64,000 nt of DNA from Paragordius varius (Eukaryota > Animalia > Nematomorpha): positions 5,890,001-5,954,000 of the forward strand of contig OZ176056.1 in assembly GCA_964247055.1 (NCBI GenBank), read 5' to 3'. Each line of letters starts with the position of its first letter. Position 1 is the first letter of the stretch. The notes under the pieces were generated by a model that saw nothing but the letters and a program-made list of their open reading frames with translations, made no database searches and was not told the origin of the DNA. Position numbers and translations under genes: made by a program. Of the stretch, positions 14,507 through 29,126 are shown piece by piece.

Positions 14507-15788
14507 CTAATATTGAAGATGATATAAAATCGGTAAATAATTACTGTCAAAGATTAGATTATTTAACCAAATTGGTCATGTAATTTAAATAAATGCCACT
14601 TCTTTCCATGGAGGCGGAATATTAACTATAATTTTTACGACTTTTTAAAAAAATCCACAACATTAGTTATTTTTAAAAAATAAGTATTAAATACAGTTAA
14701 ATATGAAATTTGATAAATTAATATCATGAGATTTGTTTATTAGTGTAGTTTATGGACAAAGGCTAATATTTTTCATAATAATGTAACTCGTTCGTGAAAA
14801 TGTAAAGAAATAGTATCAAAAAATGAGAAATGATCCGGATCTTAAAACATTTTTGCTTTAGGTAAAAATAAACCTTCTCAAATACCGAAAGAATCATAAT
14901 TATTTTGTTCGGAAAGGCCGTTAAGTAGTGTCTTAAACGGTAGACAAAATTGATAATTTATAAAATTATTATTATACATACATATATAACGGTATGATTA
15001 CATATGTATATCAAGCCAACAAATTTGATTTACAACAAGTAAGTAAAGTGTGTCAACATCAGATGTTTAAATAATTCAAATATAATTTGGACTTTTGTTA
15101 AAAAAGGTTTCATATAATATATAAAATTAAGTGTAATAATCCATCATATTGAAATAATAAAATCAAATTTAATTTTTTGAATATAATCGGACTTTCATCA
15201 AAATTTAATTATTTAAAAAAATGAAAAATCATTTTTCAAATTTGACCTCATCGGAGTTAAATATGTTTGCAAAATTATTCTGCATTAAAAGATATTTACA
15301 ATTTTACCTAACAAGGCACATTTTCAATTGGGGGTTTATAATTATCAATCCATTTAAAGAGAATCTTATGTTATTTGTTTTATAAGCGGTGACTATTAAT
15401 CATGTCATCTAAGTTTACTGTAAAATAATTTTTTGGATTTGGGCACCACTACCCTTATTTTGGTGTTATTTTACATTTAAAACCATAAATATGATAATAT
15501 ATATAAAAAATTAATTATACAATGTTAATCTAAATTATATTGAACCAATGATATAAGAAATATAACTTTTAGCTATTATACGAAAAACTATATACCAATT
15601 GGATAATTATTGTTTGCCGGAACATCTTCCATGTTTTCTTCGACTTCAAATATTATTTAGAGTAAAGTATTTTATATTTTACATTATATTAATACTAAAA
15701 CATAATTAATAAAATGCAAGGTCTAATATTTATAAGAATATATTGCAAAAAGAATTGTGCAGTTAAAATATGGCCTTATAGCCTCACT

Positions 15789-17856
15789 CAGTGGCGGAAC
15801 TATAAATTGGGGAACCCCGCAAGCTTTAAATACTCGCCACCCTTTCCCCCAAAAAAATCGTTTGAAGTAATCTTTCAAATTGGCGCCTTACTTAGATTCC
15901 TAAACATATATTTAAATATATACTTCATAAAAACTATTCTTAATTCATAAATGGGACAGCTTGTTAAGTGAAGCTATTCGTAGAATACGGGCCTATCTAT
16001 GAATAGCACCGGGGAAACTGCTTAAATATAAATTAATTGCTAAAAGTTATTTTTTCGGAATTCGGATAAATAAAATTTTGACATTTGTTTAGTCAGAATA
16101 AAATATTTTTTATGGTAATATGGTTTTTTGATAATAGGGCTTCGAACCGGTCCTAAAAAAGTGGAATTAAACCGTTCTTTAATTTTAAAATAAATCTTTT
16201 CCTAAAACAGCAACAGGTTCCAATACGACTTGATAAATAATAATGTATTGATTAAATGGAACATTAATGTGCGGACCGCCAAGTTTTTAAATTTTGAGAA
16301 TGGCCCATTAAAATTGCTGATCACTGTTTTAGTGTGTGATGAAACTTTATCGAAAATTTGTTAACTAAAGATAAATTTTAAAATTACACGAATCAAAGGT
16401 TAAAAACATTAGAAAAATAATGCACATTTATATATCAGCTAACAAATGTTTGCCAATTCTCTTAATAATAAAATATGTGAAATAACAATCATTCTGTTAA
16501 AATGAATTTCCTTCCGGATTACAACACAAAACATTTTTTACAAAATTAAGGTTATTTCTCATACATTGTTGTAAAAAGAATCGGCCAACATTAATGTAAG
16601 TTGGCCTGCATAAATTGCATATATAATCAAATTAGATGTTAGAGAATATTGTTATAATAAATGTTTTTCTTTCCCTATTTTTTTTGTTCACTATTAAGGC
16701 TAAATTTTAATGAATAGTGAAAAAATGCATCTTGTGCTCTTTCTTAACATAAACCCATTTCTTCATAAAAAATTTAAATATGTACATTTCACATAACACT
16801 TGGATGCAATGCATTCATTTAAGTCTTTCGATTCAAATTGGAATAGTTAGATACCCCAAGCTTTTTTAAAAATAAACATATCAAATAATATGGAATGACA
16901 TGACATAGCAAAAATTTGCACTTATATAAAATAAAAATATATCCAAAAATATACTAGGTTGACTTATTTTAGTGAAAAGCCAAAAGTAAAAATTTAGTCA
17001 ACATGAGATGTATGCATTAAAAATTTTTATAAATTATACAAATTAAACCACTTTTTTTGTTTCTATCAATATTAAATGTTTTGAATAAAATATTTCTGTT
17101 TTAAAATTATATAAACGCAATATTTTGCAAATATGTTGTAAAATAAAAATGGCGTCAAAATACTTTGATATGAAACTTTTTTTTTACAAAACTAAACTTT
17201 ATTTAAACGTTTTGGCTTGTTTTAATAATTTTTATTAGTATAGAAGCATAAATATAATTTAGACCGTTTCTTTAAATAACATTTTAAAAATATCAACTTA
17301 AATATAGGGGTATTTAGACAACCCAATATCGCATGAAGTGTTTAATAACAAAATATATCTATCAATATATTATTGCAAATGAAATTTTATTTGTAATTAT
17401 TTTAATTTAACAAAGGCAAAAATTTACATCTGTCAAAATTTTGTGAATTCTCATAAAATTATAATATTATATTTTTTATAACAAAATAATGGCCTTGGAA
17501 ATATATTAGCTTCACTTTTAGTCCCAACTATCTATTATTTAGTTTTTAACTATATTCACTTTTTAAGGTGTTAACTTGAGAGAAGTTAAAGGTATTCATA
17601 TTAACTTATAATAAAACCGCTTATTAAGATACTGAAAAAATGCATTTTTTTCGCTTTTTCTTCCTTTTCAATATTTTCTTTATTTGCCAGCTTAAAATAG
17701 GCAATCATTACTTATATATCTGTAAATAATAAAAGGTAAAAAATTCAGGCCCGCAAAATAGAAAGGGGGCCCAAAATTAATAATATAATAATAAAAGGGC
17801 CCCTGTTTTGCCTTGCCCCACACTGCTCCCCCTAGCTCTCCGTAGTTTCGCCACTG
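15789..17856 (+). mobile_element. Non-autonomous hAT-type element, ~2.07 kb
   Basis: 14-bp TIRs CAGTGGCGGAACTA / TAGTTTCGCCACTG, 8-bp TSD GCCTCAC(T/A); empty sites at 11969, 21418, 27935. Confidence 0.85.
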
Positions 17857-19081
17857 GCCTCACAATCATTAAAGGCTACTTGTTTTTTAAATCTATAAAA
17901 GCGTTTGTATTGATTGAGAAAATATTTGTCTTGTTTACGGAGAATGTTATTGGGAAATTTGATCAATTGTTTGGGAAAACGTTTCGTTTGATTGGGAAAA
18001 CATTTCCATTGAATATGATTATTAAGTATACAAGAATAATAGTATGATTACACATTTGTTACAAGACAACAACTAAACTTCACAACTATATTGCCAATTA
18101 AAACTTTGTTTCCAGATATTCATACAGTATAACCTGACTTACAGTTTGATTTTTGGGTTTAGACAGATAAAATTAACACAAATGATATATTCTAGCCCTT
18201 TTGAATCATAAAATTTGAAATTATACATATGCAAAATTGACAAATATTTCATTTTTAAAAATATGACTGTAAAAACTACTATATGGACTACACAATGATG
18301 TTAGTCCTTATCAAAATTACGAAATTTAAAATATTGTTTTAAAGAAGCAATAATATTTGATTGCGTTAAAGCTATAGATGGTTAGGGGACCTTATGCGGA
18401 CGATGGGCGCGTTTTTAACAGCCCCTTAAAGCACTACCTCTTTAAATCAAAAAATATCTTTTAAAATAATTTTTACATTAAAATACATTATTAAACCATA
18501 GATAAAACATTGAGACTTTTGCCATTATGTAATATAAAATCTACCAATTGGAGCGCCCTGTCTTCTCGATTGACTCTTTTTTTCGTTTGAAACTAGAATT
18601 ATTATGAAAAATAAAGTCTTAAATTTATATAATTATATTATAAAAAGTATCATTATAAGGTTTCAATTTTTCTATAGAATATCCCGTGCCTGTAAGTATG
18701 CAATTAAGCAATTACGCATGATTAAAATAAATAGGCTGTTAAATTTTTTTGCATATTTTGTATACTTTTTACACCGAATTAAGCATGATATAATTAAATA
18801 AGAAAATAATTAATAACATAAAATTTTTTAAAAACTAATTTGTATAAATATCCTTTTACGATAAAATTATGCGCCATTAAAATCAAATAATATATTTATA
18901 AGGCGCACTTTTTTTAAAAAAACTTTAAAGTATTAGTTAACTATGTGTTTTTCAATTCAGTTTGCCTCAACATATGTTAAATCATAAATAGTAAAAATTC
19001 TATGATCTCTGCACTTTAATTATTGATGTTTTTAGTAATTCCAAGATCTTAGCAAATAAATCAATTAAAAAAAATAAATAC

Positions 19082-19144
19082 CAGCCATAGTATTTGATTT
19101 TCCATTTTCTTTAGCTTCCATCCCAGATCCCTTATTTGCTACTT
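19082..19144 (-). CDS. Phase 1-1 micro-exon, (E)VANKGSGMEAKENGKSNTMA
   Basis: atatccAG|AAGTAGCA...ATGGCTG|GTATTT; 63 nt, open. Confidence 0.72.
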
Positions 19145-21448
19145 CTGGATATTTTAAAATATATATATAATTGATATATCTAAGTTAATGGTAAATCGGT
19201 CAAAAATGTAGTTTTTATAATTTAGAGAAAACCCACTATATCTCTCAATCGGTAAATATATAATCTCAAAATGATGATTTTCAGCAGTCGGCTATTAAAG
19301 AATAAATTGATATAATTTTTACAACAAGTAAGTAATGTGGTGAACATCAGATGTTTAAATAATTTACATTTTTAAATCTAATAATTTGGCTACTTTTGTT
19401 GAAAAGCTTTAAAATAATATATATAAAAAAGTTTAATACATCACATTGAAATAATTAAATTTAATTTAATTTCTTGAATTTAATCGGACTTTCATCAAAA
19501 TTTAATTATTTAAAAATATTTTCAAACTTGACCTCATCGGAGTTAAATAATATGTTTGCAAAATTATTCTGCATAAAAAGATATTTACAATTTCACCTAA
19601 GCAAACTTTACAATTGGGGATTTATAATTATCAATCCATTTAAAGAGAATCTTATGTTATTTGTTCGGTGACTTTTTAGTTCATGTCACCTAAGTTTACT
19701 GCAAAATCAATTTCTGCCCTTATTTTGGTGTTATGTTACATTTCTGAATAAGACCATAAATATGATAATATAAATAATAAATTAATTAGACAATGTTACT
19801 CTAAATTATATCGAACCAATGATATAACAAATATAACTTTTAGCTATTATACGATAAAAATATACCTGTATTTGTTGTACTGTTAGCAGGAACATCCATC
19901 TTTTCTTCGTCTTCAAATATTATTTAGAGTAAAGTATGTAATATTTTACATTGTTATATTAATACTAAAACATCATCAATAAAATGCAAGGTCTAAAATT
20001 TATAAGAATATATTGCAAGTGGCGGAACTAAAAACTGTGGGCTCCCCCACAAGCTTTAAATACTGGCCAACCTTTCCCCCAAAAAAATCGTTTAAAGTTA
20101 TCTCTTGACCTGCGCCTCACTTAGATTCCTCAAATATATAAACCTACCCTACTATGAAGACTAAATTCCTAATTCATAAATGGGACTGCTTGTTAAGTAT
20201 CGCTTTCTTTATTTCGATTGGCATGCTCACATATTCGTTGATATAAACACCTTGTCAACATATGCGTAGAATACGGGCCTATCTAGGAATAGCAGCTGGA
20301 AAACTGCTTAAATATAAAGGAATTGCTAAAAATTATTTTTTCGGAATTCGGATAAATAAAATTTTGACATTTTATTAGTCGGAATAAAATATTTTTTATG
20401 GTATAGTGGTTTTTTGATATTATAATAACAGGGCTTTGAACCGGTCCTTAAAAAGTGGAAATAGAACCGGTTTTTAATTTAAAAATGAATCTTTTCTTAA
20501 AACAGCAACAGGTTCCAATACGACTTGATAAATATGAAATAATGGATTGATTAAATGGAACATTAATGTGCGTACCGCCAAGTTTTTAAATTTTAAGAAA
20601 GGTCCATTAACACTTGGATACAACACACTCATTTTAGTCCTTCGATTCAAATTGGGGTAGTTGGATGCCCCAGGCCTGTTTAAAATCAAATACTTCAAAA
20701 AGTATGGAAGCAATCGAAAGCATGGCAAAATTTAGCACTTATATAACATTAATAAACCGAAATATATAAAAAAATTTATTCAAAAATACTTGATATTACT
20801 TATTTTGAGCTAAAACTGAAAGGTAAAAATTTAGTCAGCGTGAGATGTGTCAAATTGTAAAATTAAAAAATAATACAAATTAAACCGCTTTTTCTACTTC
20901 TATCAATGTTAGATGTAATTTATATAAGAAATACTTTAGTTTTACCCTTAAAATTAAATGAAGACGATATTTTGACAAATTTTTGTAATCGAAGTAGTTT
21001 GAGATGGAACTTTTTTAAAAAAAATTTTATCTAAATATTTTGGCATATTTATATAATATTTATCAGGTTAGAAGCATAAATTTAAATTGGGACCGTTTCC
21101 TTCAGTAATTTTTTAAAAATTTTAATTTAAATTTAGTCTGGGGTATTTAGATACCCCAATTTGTATCGAAGTGTTTAAATTGCCGAACAACTGTTATTAA
21201 AATAAACTTTTTGCTATTAAATGAAAAATCCAATTGAATTAGTATTATTTTTAGCGGCACATTGGCCATGTTTTTTCCTTCGGAATCTTAAATATTATTT
21301 AGAGTGAAGTATTTAATAATATCCATTGTTTTATTAATACTAACAGTAATAAAATATCTAAAATTCATAAGAATATATTGCGAAAAGGGTTTTGTATTCA
21401 AAAAATATACCCTTATAGCCTCATAATCATTAAACGCTACTAGTTTTA

Positions 21449-22657
21449 TACCATTTTTCATGCAAAAACATCATTTTTTCAACCAAATGCAACATTTTTT
21501 CAACCAAACTCAACATTTTTTCGAGCAAACGCAACATTTTTTCAAGCAAAGACAACAATTTTTCAAGCAAACGCAACATTTTTTCAAGCAAACGCAACAT
21601 TTTTTCAACCATAGACAACATTTTTTCAAGCAAAAACAACAATTTTTTTAAAATAAAAAACCATTTTTTTTATTTTAAGACATATTAAATTTAAATTTAA
21701 TGTAAATTAATTTTAGCGTAGAATTATGAATTTTATTGTTTTATTATCAATATTTGATGGTATGATTGATTATCAAACATTTTAATTTAGCCCATAAATT
21801 GCATTATTTATTTATATTAATTATTTTTTTATCAATCAATAATTTTTTGAATCAAAATTAATATTTTCATAGTGAAACAACTTTGTTTCATTTTCTTTTT
21901 ATCAATATTATAAATTTATTATTGTTTTTAACCAAATATTACCATCAATAACCCACACGTAGATATTTTTAATATTAATTTATAGAAAATAATAAGGATA
22001 TACGGTTCTTATGAAAGAAATGTATTCACTTAAAGATTTAGGTTAAATAAAAAATAGGTTTAAATGATTGAATAATGAATATCTTATTGCTTCCTTAATA
22101 AACGTTAGAATCGAAGTTAAAATATTGAAGGATCTACTTGAAGTGTTCTAGGACTAAGTTTAAATTTAAAAGAACAATCTTGAAGCGCAGTATAGATTGA
22201 TTAGGTGAAACTTAAGTTGTAAAAGAAAAAAATAATTAATATAAATAAATAATGCAATTTATGGGCTAAATTAAAATGTTTGAAAATCAATCATACCATC
22301 AAATATTGATGATAAAACAATAAAATGCATAATTCTACGCTAAAATTAATTTAAAAAATGGTTTTTTATTTTAAAAAAATTGTTGTTTTTGCTTGAAAAA
22401 ATGTTGTCTTTGGTTGAAAAAATGTTGCGTTTGGATGAAACAATGTTGTCTTTGGTTGAAAAAATGTTGCGTTTGCTTCAAAAAATGTTGCGTTTGCTTG
22501 AAAAATTGTTGTCTTTGCTTGAAAAAATGTTGCGTTTGCTCGAAAAAATGTTGACTTTGCTTGAAAAAATGTTGCGTTTGCTTGAAAAAATGTTGAGTTT
22601 GGTTGAAAAAATGTTGCATTTGGTTGAAAAAATGATGTTTTTGCATGAAAAATGGTA
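21449..22657. mobile_element. Second insertion of the same TA-TSD minisatellite MITE, opposite orientation
   Basis: Same termini and TA TSD; internal segment is reverse complement of 6820-7170; different target site. Confidence 0.85.
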
Positions 22658-23919
22658 TATAAATCTAAAAAAGCGTTTTTATTGATTGATGAAATATTTG
22701 TTTTGTTTGAGAAAAATGCTATAAATAAATGGGAATATCGATCAAAGTGTTTCGACTGTTTGGGAAAAACATCATATTGACTGGTAAAACGTTTCGATTG
22801 AATATGATTGTTAAACTACAGTATGATTACACATTTATTTCAAGATAACAACTCAATTTAATAATTATATTTTGGAATTGACTAATCAAAACTTTGTTTC
22901 CCAATATTAATACAGGAGATTCATACTCTTAACGGTGTAATTTATTTTGGATTTAAAGCAGATGTATTTATCACAAATGACTTCGCGATCCGCATTTTAG
23001 GATCGAAAATCCGAAGGATATTATCGCAAATAGGCACAAACATTTTATTGAATTTTTAACATGTTGTAAAAACTAAAATATTTTTACACAATGTTGCTAA
23101 TTTTTGCCAAAATTTGGAATTAGGAAAATTTGTTTTGGAGAAGCAAAATTTTTTGATCCCAAAAATTTATAATGGTTAGAAGACCGAAGATGATAGGCTG
23201 TGTTTTTAACACCCTGTGTAGTCTACTACCTTAATTGTGATACCATGATTAAAATATTTCCATATAAATGTGAAAATAAATTTAAGAAATTTAAAAAATA
23301 TTTTTACTATAAAATATATTACTGATAAAAGAACTTTTGTTATTTGTAATATATAATCTACTAGTTGTAGTGTTATGGGCTTCAAATTCACCATTGGTTT
23401 CATTATTATTTTCTTTTGACCCTATAGTTACTATTTTAATTAAAGTTTAAAATATAATTATATTCAGAAAAGATTCTATGTTTATGCAGCCTCTGCCTCT
23501 AAGTATATTACAATTACGCATGATCGATATAAATTGGCCGTTAAATTTTTGTAAACTTTGTAAACTTTTTTAACAAAATACCGGCAGCATGATAAAATTT
23601 AATAAGAAATAAATTATTAACATGAAATTTTTTTAAAAACTAATTTGTATAAATATCCTTTTAACGATAAAATTATGCGCCATCAAAATCAAATAATATG
23701 TTTATAAGGCGGAAAAAAAACTTTAAAGTATTAGTTAACTATATGTTTTTCAAATCACTATATAATAACAAGTGCCACAGATATCAAATCATAAATAGTA
23801 AAAATTCTATGATCTCTGCACTTTAATTATTTATGATTTTAGTTCGAATACTTTTTTTTCAAAGAAAATTTATTGAGCATCCCAGATAGCAAATAAACCA
23901 ATTGAAAAAAAATAAATAC

Positions 23920-23979
23920 CAGCCATATTTGATTTTCCACTTTCTTTAGCTTCCATCCCAGATCCATTATTTGCTACTT
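23920..23979 (-). CDS. Phase 1-1 micro-exon, (E)VANNGSGMEAKESGKSNMA
   Basis: atatccAG...ATGGCTG|GTATTT; 60 nt, exactly one codon (ACT) shorter than the 19.1-kb copy. Confidence 0.72.
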
Positions 23980-24304
23980 CTGGATATTTTAAAATACATA
24001 CTATATAATTGATTCTAAGTTAATATATATTGCTAAATCGGTTATAAATGTAGTTTTTATAATTTAGAGACAACCCACTATATCTCTCAATCGGAAAATA
24101 TATAATCTCAAAATGATGATTTTTAGCAGTCGGCTATATTTAAACAATAATTTGATATAAATTTTACAACAAGTAAGTAAAGTGGTAAACATCAGATGTT
24201 TAAATAATTCACATTTTAAAATTTAATAATTTGGCTACTTTTGTCTAAAAAGCTTTCACATATATGTAAAGTAAAGTGTAATATCCATCTGATCATATAA
24301 TTAA

Positions 24305-27300
24305 TATGATATCACTCTTTCAAGCGGTCATACCGTAAACTATTTCGCCGTAGAACCCTGCCTGTCTAACGTTTCCTCGCGATTGTTCAGTTTTGCCATG
24401 ACCCTCCTAACTGTATTCATCCAACGCGTCTAGGGCGCTTTTTTCCCCTCTTGCCTTTCACAATATACTCATCAATCTTTTTACCAATGTAATTTATCTC
24501 TTCTTGGAACATGTCCGAATCATCTTAAACGATTTACCATAAACTTTTGCGTTATTGGTTTGATTCGTACTTCCTCTTATATAGACATTTTTCACCTTTT
24601 TCCTCGTTACACCGCACATCAATTTAAGCATTTTTATTTCAGTAACGTCCAAGTTCCTCTCTTCTGATTTCTTTATTGCCCATGTCTGTGAGTTGTACAT
24701 CATTGTTGGCTGTACAACAGCACTGTAAATCTTACCCTTTACTTTTAAGTCAATATTTTTGTCACACAAAACAGAGATCTTTTTATAATTTGCCCAACTA
24801 TTTCGAATTCTTAAATTAATATCAAGCGTTAAAGAACCATCTGCTGCTAAAATCGCTCCTAAATATTTGCATTCCTCCTGTTTAATACCCACCCTTCTTC
24901 TAATTCTATTTCTCGTTTTTTCCCGCCAAAATTTATCAGTTCCGTTTTCTTTTTAGTAAATTTTAATCCGCATCGTCGTAACACATCAATCCATTTACCC
25001 ACCCATTCTTTCAATTCCTGCAACTCGTTTAACAGCACTTAGGTCGTCTGCATAAAGAAAATACCAGCCACCATGTTGCCCCACTTCTTTTGAAATTTCG
25101 TCCATGCATATTATAAATAGTAACAAGCTGATTGCAGACACCTTGTAGACCCCTTCGTTAATTTTAAGAGGACCTGATAATCCCTGGTGTGTTTTAATTT
25201 TGGTTTGGTGTGAATTGTACATGCATTTTAAAATCTTTATGTAACTTTCAGGGACGTTTTTCCGTCTTTACCTCCACCATATTGTGCTCCGTGGTATTCT
25301 GTCAAACGCCTTTTCAATATCAATACATATGCAACTCTTTTTTCATTTCTATATGCTTCTCGATTGGCCTACTTACTGCGCGAATCGGATCAATGGTGGA
25401 CTTTCCTGGAATAAAACCAAATTGATTACCCTCTATACTAACCATTTTTCTCATTCGTTTCTCTAGTACTTTCTCAAATAACTTCATTGTATGCGACATC
25501 AATCTTTTCCCTTTGTAATTATTACAACCATTAATATCTCCTTTACCCTTAAAAATGGGAGCAGTAAAAATCTCCTTCCATTAGGTTGGTATCATACCTG
25601 TAGTAACTAAATTATTAAAAAAATCCCTCGAAAATTTAATACCTTTTTCTGACATTTTCCAACAGTATGTTAATATCGTCTGGACGTGCAGCCTTATTTA
25701 TTGACATCTCTTTCAAACCAGCCTGGTCTTCCTCTTTTGTTATACTTTCAATATGCGCATATATATAATCTGGTGTTTCAGGTAAATTTGTTTCACTGAC
25801 GCCCAATTCAAGCTACTGGAAGTATTCTTTCCACCTTTTCAATATTTTCGATTCCTCAACGGTAATTTGCCGTTTTTATCTTTAATAGCTGTCCCGTAAG
25901 GGGGCAAGACCAGCTTTCTTCTGTGTCTTTGTCGAGCAAAAAACTTTGTTTAGACTTTGCTTACTGTTTAACTCTTCATATAATGATGCAGTCTTTCCTT
26001 TTTTGATCAATCTTACAAGCCATTTAAGTTCCTAATTAATCCTTTTATATTTTTCCTTGTCTCCTGCTTGGTGGGTAAATCTCCACATTTTAAAAGCTTT
26101 ACTTTTCTCCCGCAATTTCAGAATTATTTTTTATCTTTCAGCCATGTCTCATAAATCTGATTCCTGCCACCTTTTATTCCCCACACCTTAACTCCGGCCT
26201 CTCTTATTTTTCTTGCCACCTGAGATCAAACACTTTTTAAATCACTGTTCCTGTCTACTATGCCTACCGTTTCTACAAATTTCTCTTTACTGTTTCTTAG
26301 GGATTCCCATTTAATTACCTTCGGCGCTATAAACTTAGGCTTTTCGGCATTTATTGGTATATCTGTCATATATTTACACATAATTAAATTATGTTGTGTG
26401 CTAATCTGCAGGTTAGGTATGACTTTGCAACTTTAAAGACTGTCGTGGCAATAGAATTTAACCAATTTGTAACTTTTTATTTCCACTTTCGTAGGTAATT
26501 AAGTGGCTATCCCATTTAGTGTATTTGTCATAGCATAGGATTGGGCAAATCTTAATAAACTAGCCCCTTCTTCATTTATGACCCCGTAACCTTTTCCGTC
26601 GTCCCAAGGCTCAAAACCTCTCCTATTTTGTCCCACGTGCCCATTGAAATCACCACAAAATATGATTTCTCTGTCTTTCGTTAATGAAGTCATTTCTGCG
26701 TCTAACAAATCATAAAATTTATCTTTCTCCAGTTTAGCTAACCCTATCTGGGGGAGCATAAACGCCAAAGATAGTAAAAACCCTCTTATTTTACAATAGG
26801 TCGACACTTATAATTCTACTGTCAGCACGTCTAACCTCAATTACTTGATTGGCAAATCTTGAACACACTATTATGGCGACCCCACTGTAACCATCCCTAG
26901 AACCTGAATAAAATATTTTATATCCTCTAACGTCTTAGTACCATTTCCACGGTATCTGGTCACCTGAATGCACAAAAAATTTACTTTTTTTACCCTCATA
27001 GTTTCAAACAAATAATATAACTTACTTTTTAACAAACCAACATTTATACTGGCAACACACTCTACAACATTCCTTATCCTATTGGCCCCTATCTCCGTGC
27101 AACGGGCCGGGTCTGGCCTGTACGCTTTACAAAATACACCCATAAAAAACAAAAATACAATATAGAAGAATAATAATAGATAAAAATTAACACTTAAAGA
27201 ATCTAATATTTAAATTGAACCAAAAAAGAATCCAAAAATTCAAACCAAAAAACAAAATACATAAAATATATATCAATAAATAAAAATGAAATAAAATACG

Positions 27301-27442
27301 CATCTTTACAACTGAGGAATTAAAATTATGATTCGGAATATGTAATATACTTCAAATAAAACAATAAATAGAAAAATTATAAGAAAAATATTATAAAGGT
27401 AATTTCGCGCATTTTTTGAATGAATGTCTCAGTAATATATAA
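24305..27442 (-). mobile_element. Degenerate near full-length RTE LINE, paralogue of 8454-11465
   Basis: GDFNGH endonuclease motif (ORF 26499-26807), YADD, MSHTMKLFEKV; flanked by degenerate ~25-bp target duplication aatatccat..gatc..tataattaa. Confidence 0.93.
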
Positions 27443-29063
27443 AAATATCCATTAGATCGATATAATTAAACATATTATATATAATTTAGTATTTTAAAGA
27501 TAATTAGACCTTAATCAAAATTTAATTATTTGGAGTAACAAAAGTCATTTATCAAATTGCTATGCATTGGAGTCTAAATATATTACAAAATTCGTAAACA
27601 GGTTAAATAAACATTTGGCCTGACCACTAACTTTACAATTTGGGGTAATTAAAATTAATTAGTCATTGTTACTCCAAATTATAATAAACCATTGATATAA
27701 AAATTATAACTTTATGCTATTATACAAAAACAATTGGATTAGTGTCATTGTTAGCAGGCGCAATCTTAGATGGACTCGCAATGTTTCCTTTGGAATCTTA
27801 AAAATTAGTTAGAGTGAAGTAATGAATAATTTACATCGTTATATTAATGATAAAACATTGTTAATAAAATGCGAGGTCTATTTAAAAAATATATTGCAAA
27901 AAAGGGTTTTGCAGTCAAAAATTATACCCTTATAGCCTCATAATCAAACGCTATTCATCTTGTTTTATAAATTTATAAAAGCTTTAATGAGAAAATATTC
28001 TAATTGGGTAAATTTTTATAAATTAATCAAACCGACTTGAATGTTCGGGAAAACAATTGGATGGACAGGGAAAACGTTTAGTTCGATTAGAAAAGCTTTC
28101 GATTCAAAATAATTATGTAACAAAATTTATGAATAACAGTATGATTACACATTTATTTTATGAACTATAATTTATCACTATATTTGGTCGACTAATCAAA
28201 ACCTTGTTTACAGATATTAAAACAGTAGATTAATAACTTTACGGTGTAATTTATTTTTTTGGTTTTAGAGTAAATGTTTTGAAACAAATCACTTGTCGAG
28301 CTACATATTAGGATCAATAAATTTGAATATCCACACTCGGAAAATTGTTTTTATCATTATGACTGTAAAACTACTATATGTTAGTCCTTGCCAAAACTCC
28401 GAAATCGGAAAATTTGTTTTAGAGAAGCAATATTATTTGATTGATTGCATCACGTCTATAGAAATGGTTAGGGAACCGCAAGCGGATGATAGCGTTTTTA
28501 ACCCACATGTGTAAAGCACTAGCTTAATTTTGATTCAATGCATTAAAATAATATCCCCATAAATCCGAAAAAACCACTGAAAAAAAATTAAAACTTTTTG
28601 CTATTGTGTAAAATATAAAATCTATAAGTTGTTTCTATATTTTGTATACTTTTTTAAACAAAACCCCGATGTTAATTAAGAAGATTAAAGACAAAACATA
28701 AAAATTTGTTACAAACAAACGAATTTTTATAAATATCCTTTTACGATAAATAAATATATAGCCTACTAAAATTTTTTTTAATATATTGCCACACTGCTAA
28801 TTATTCATACGAATTTTGATATCATTGCGCCATCAATAATCAAATATGTATTTTGGCGAATAACTTCTTAAAAAACTTAAATTAGTTAACTTAGAATCTG
28901 TTGAATTGAATATATATTAAGTAAATTTAGTGCCTCAACATATCTTAAAATCATAAATAGTGACCTCTAAGTCACTGTAATTACTGATGATATTAGTTGC
29001 AATCCTTTTTTTAAAGAAAATTTGTTAATAGATTTTAAAAAATTAAATAAAAAAACTATATAC

Positions 29064-29126
29064 CAGACATATTATTTGAGTTTCCACTTTCTTTAGCTTT
29101 CATCCCAGATCCATTATTTGTTACTT
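29064..29126 (-). CDS. Phase 1-1 micro-exon, (E)VTNNGSGMKAKESGNSNNMS
   Basis: atatccAG...ATGTCTG|GTATAT; 63 nt, open. Confidence 0.72.
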
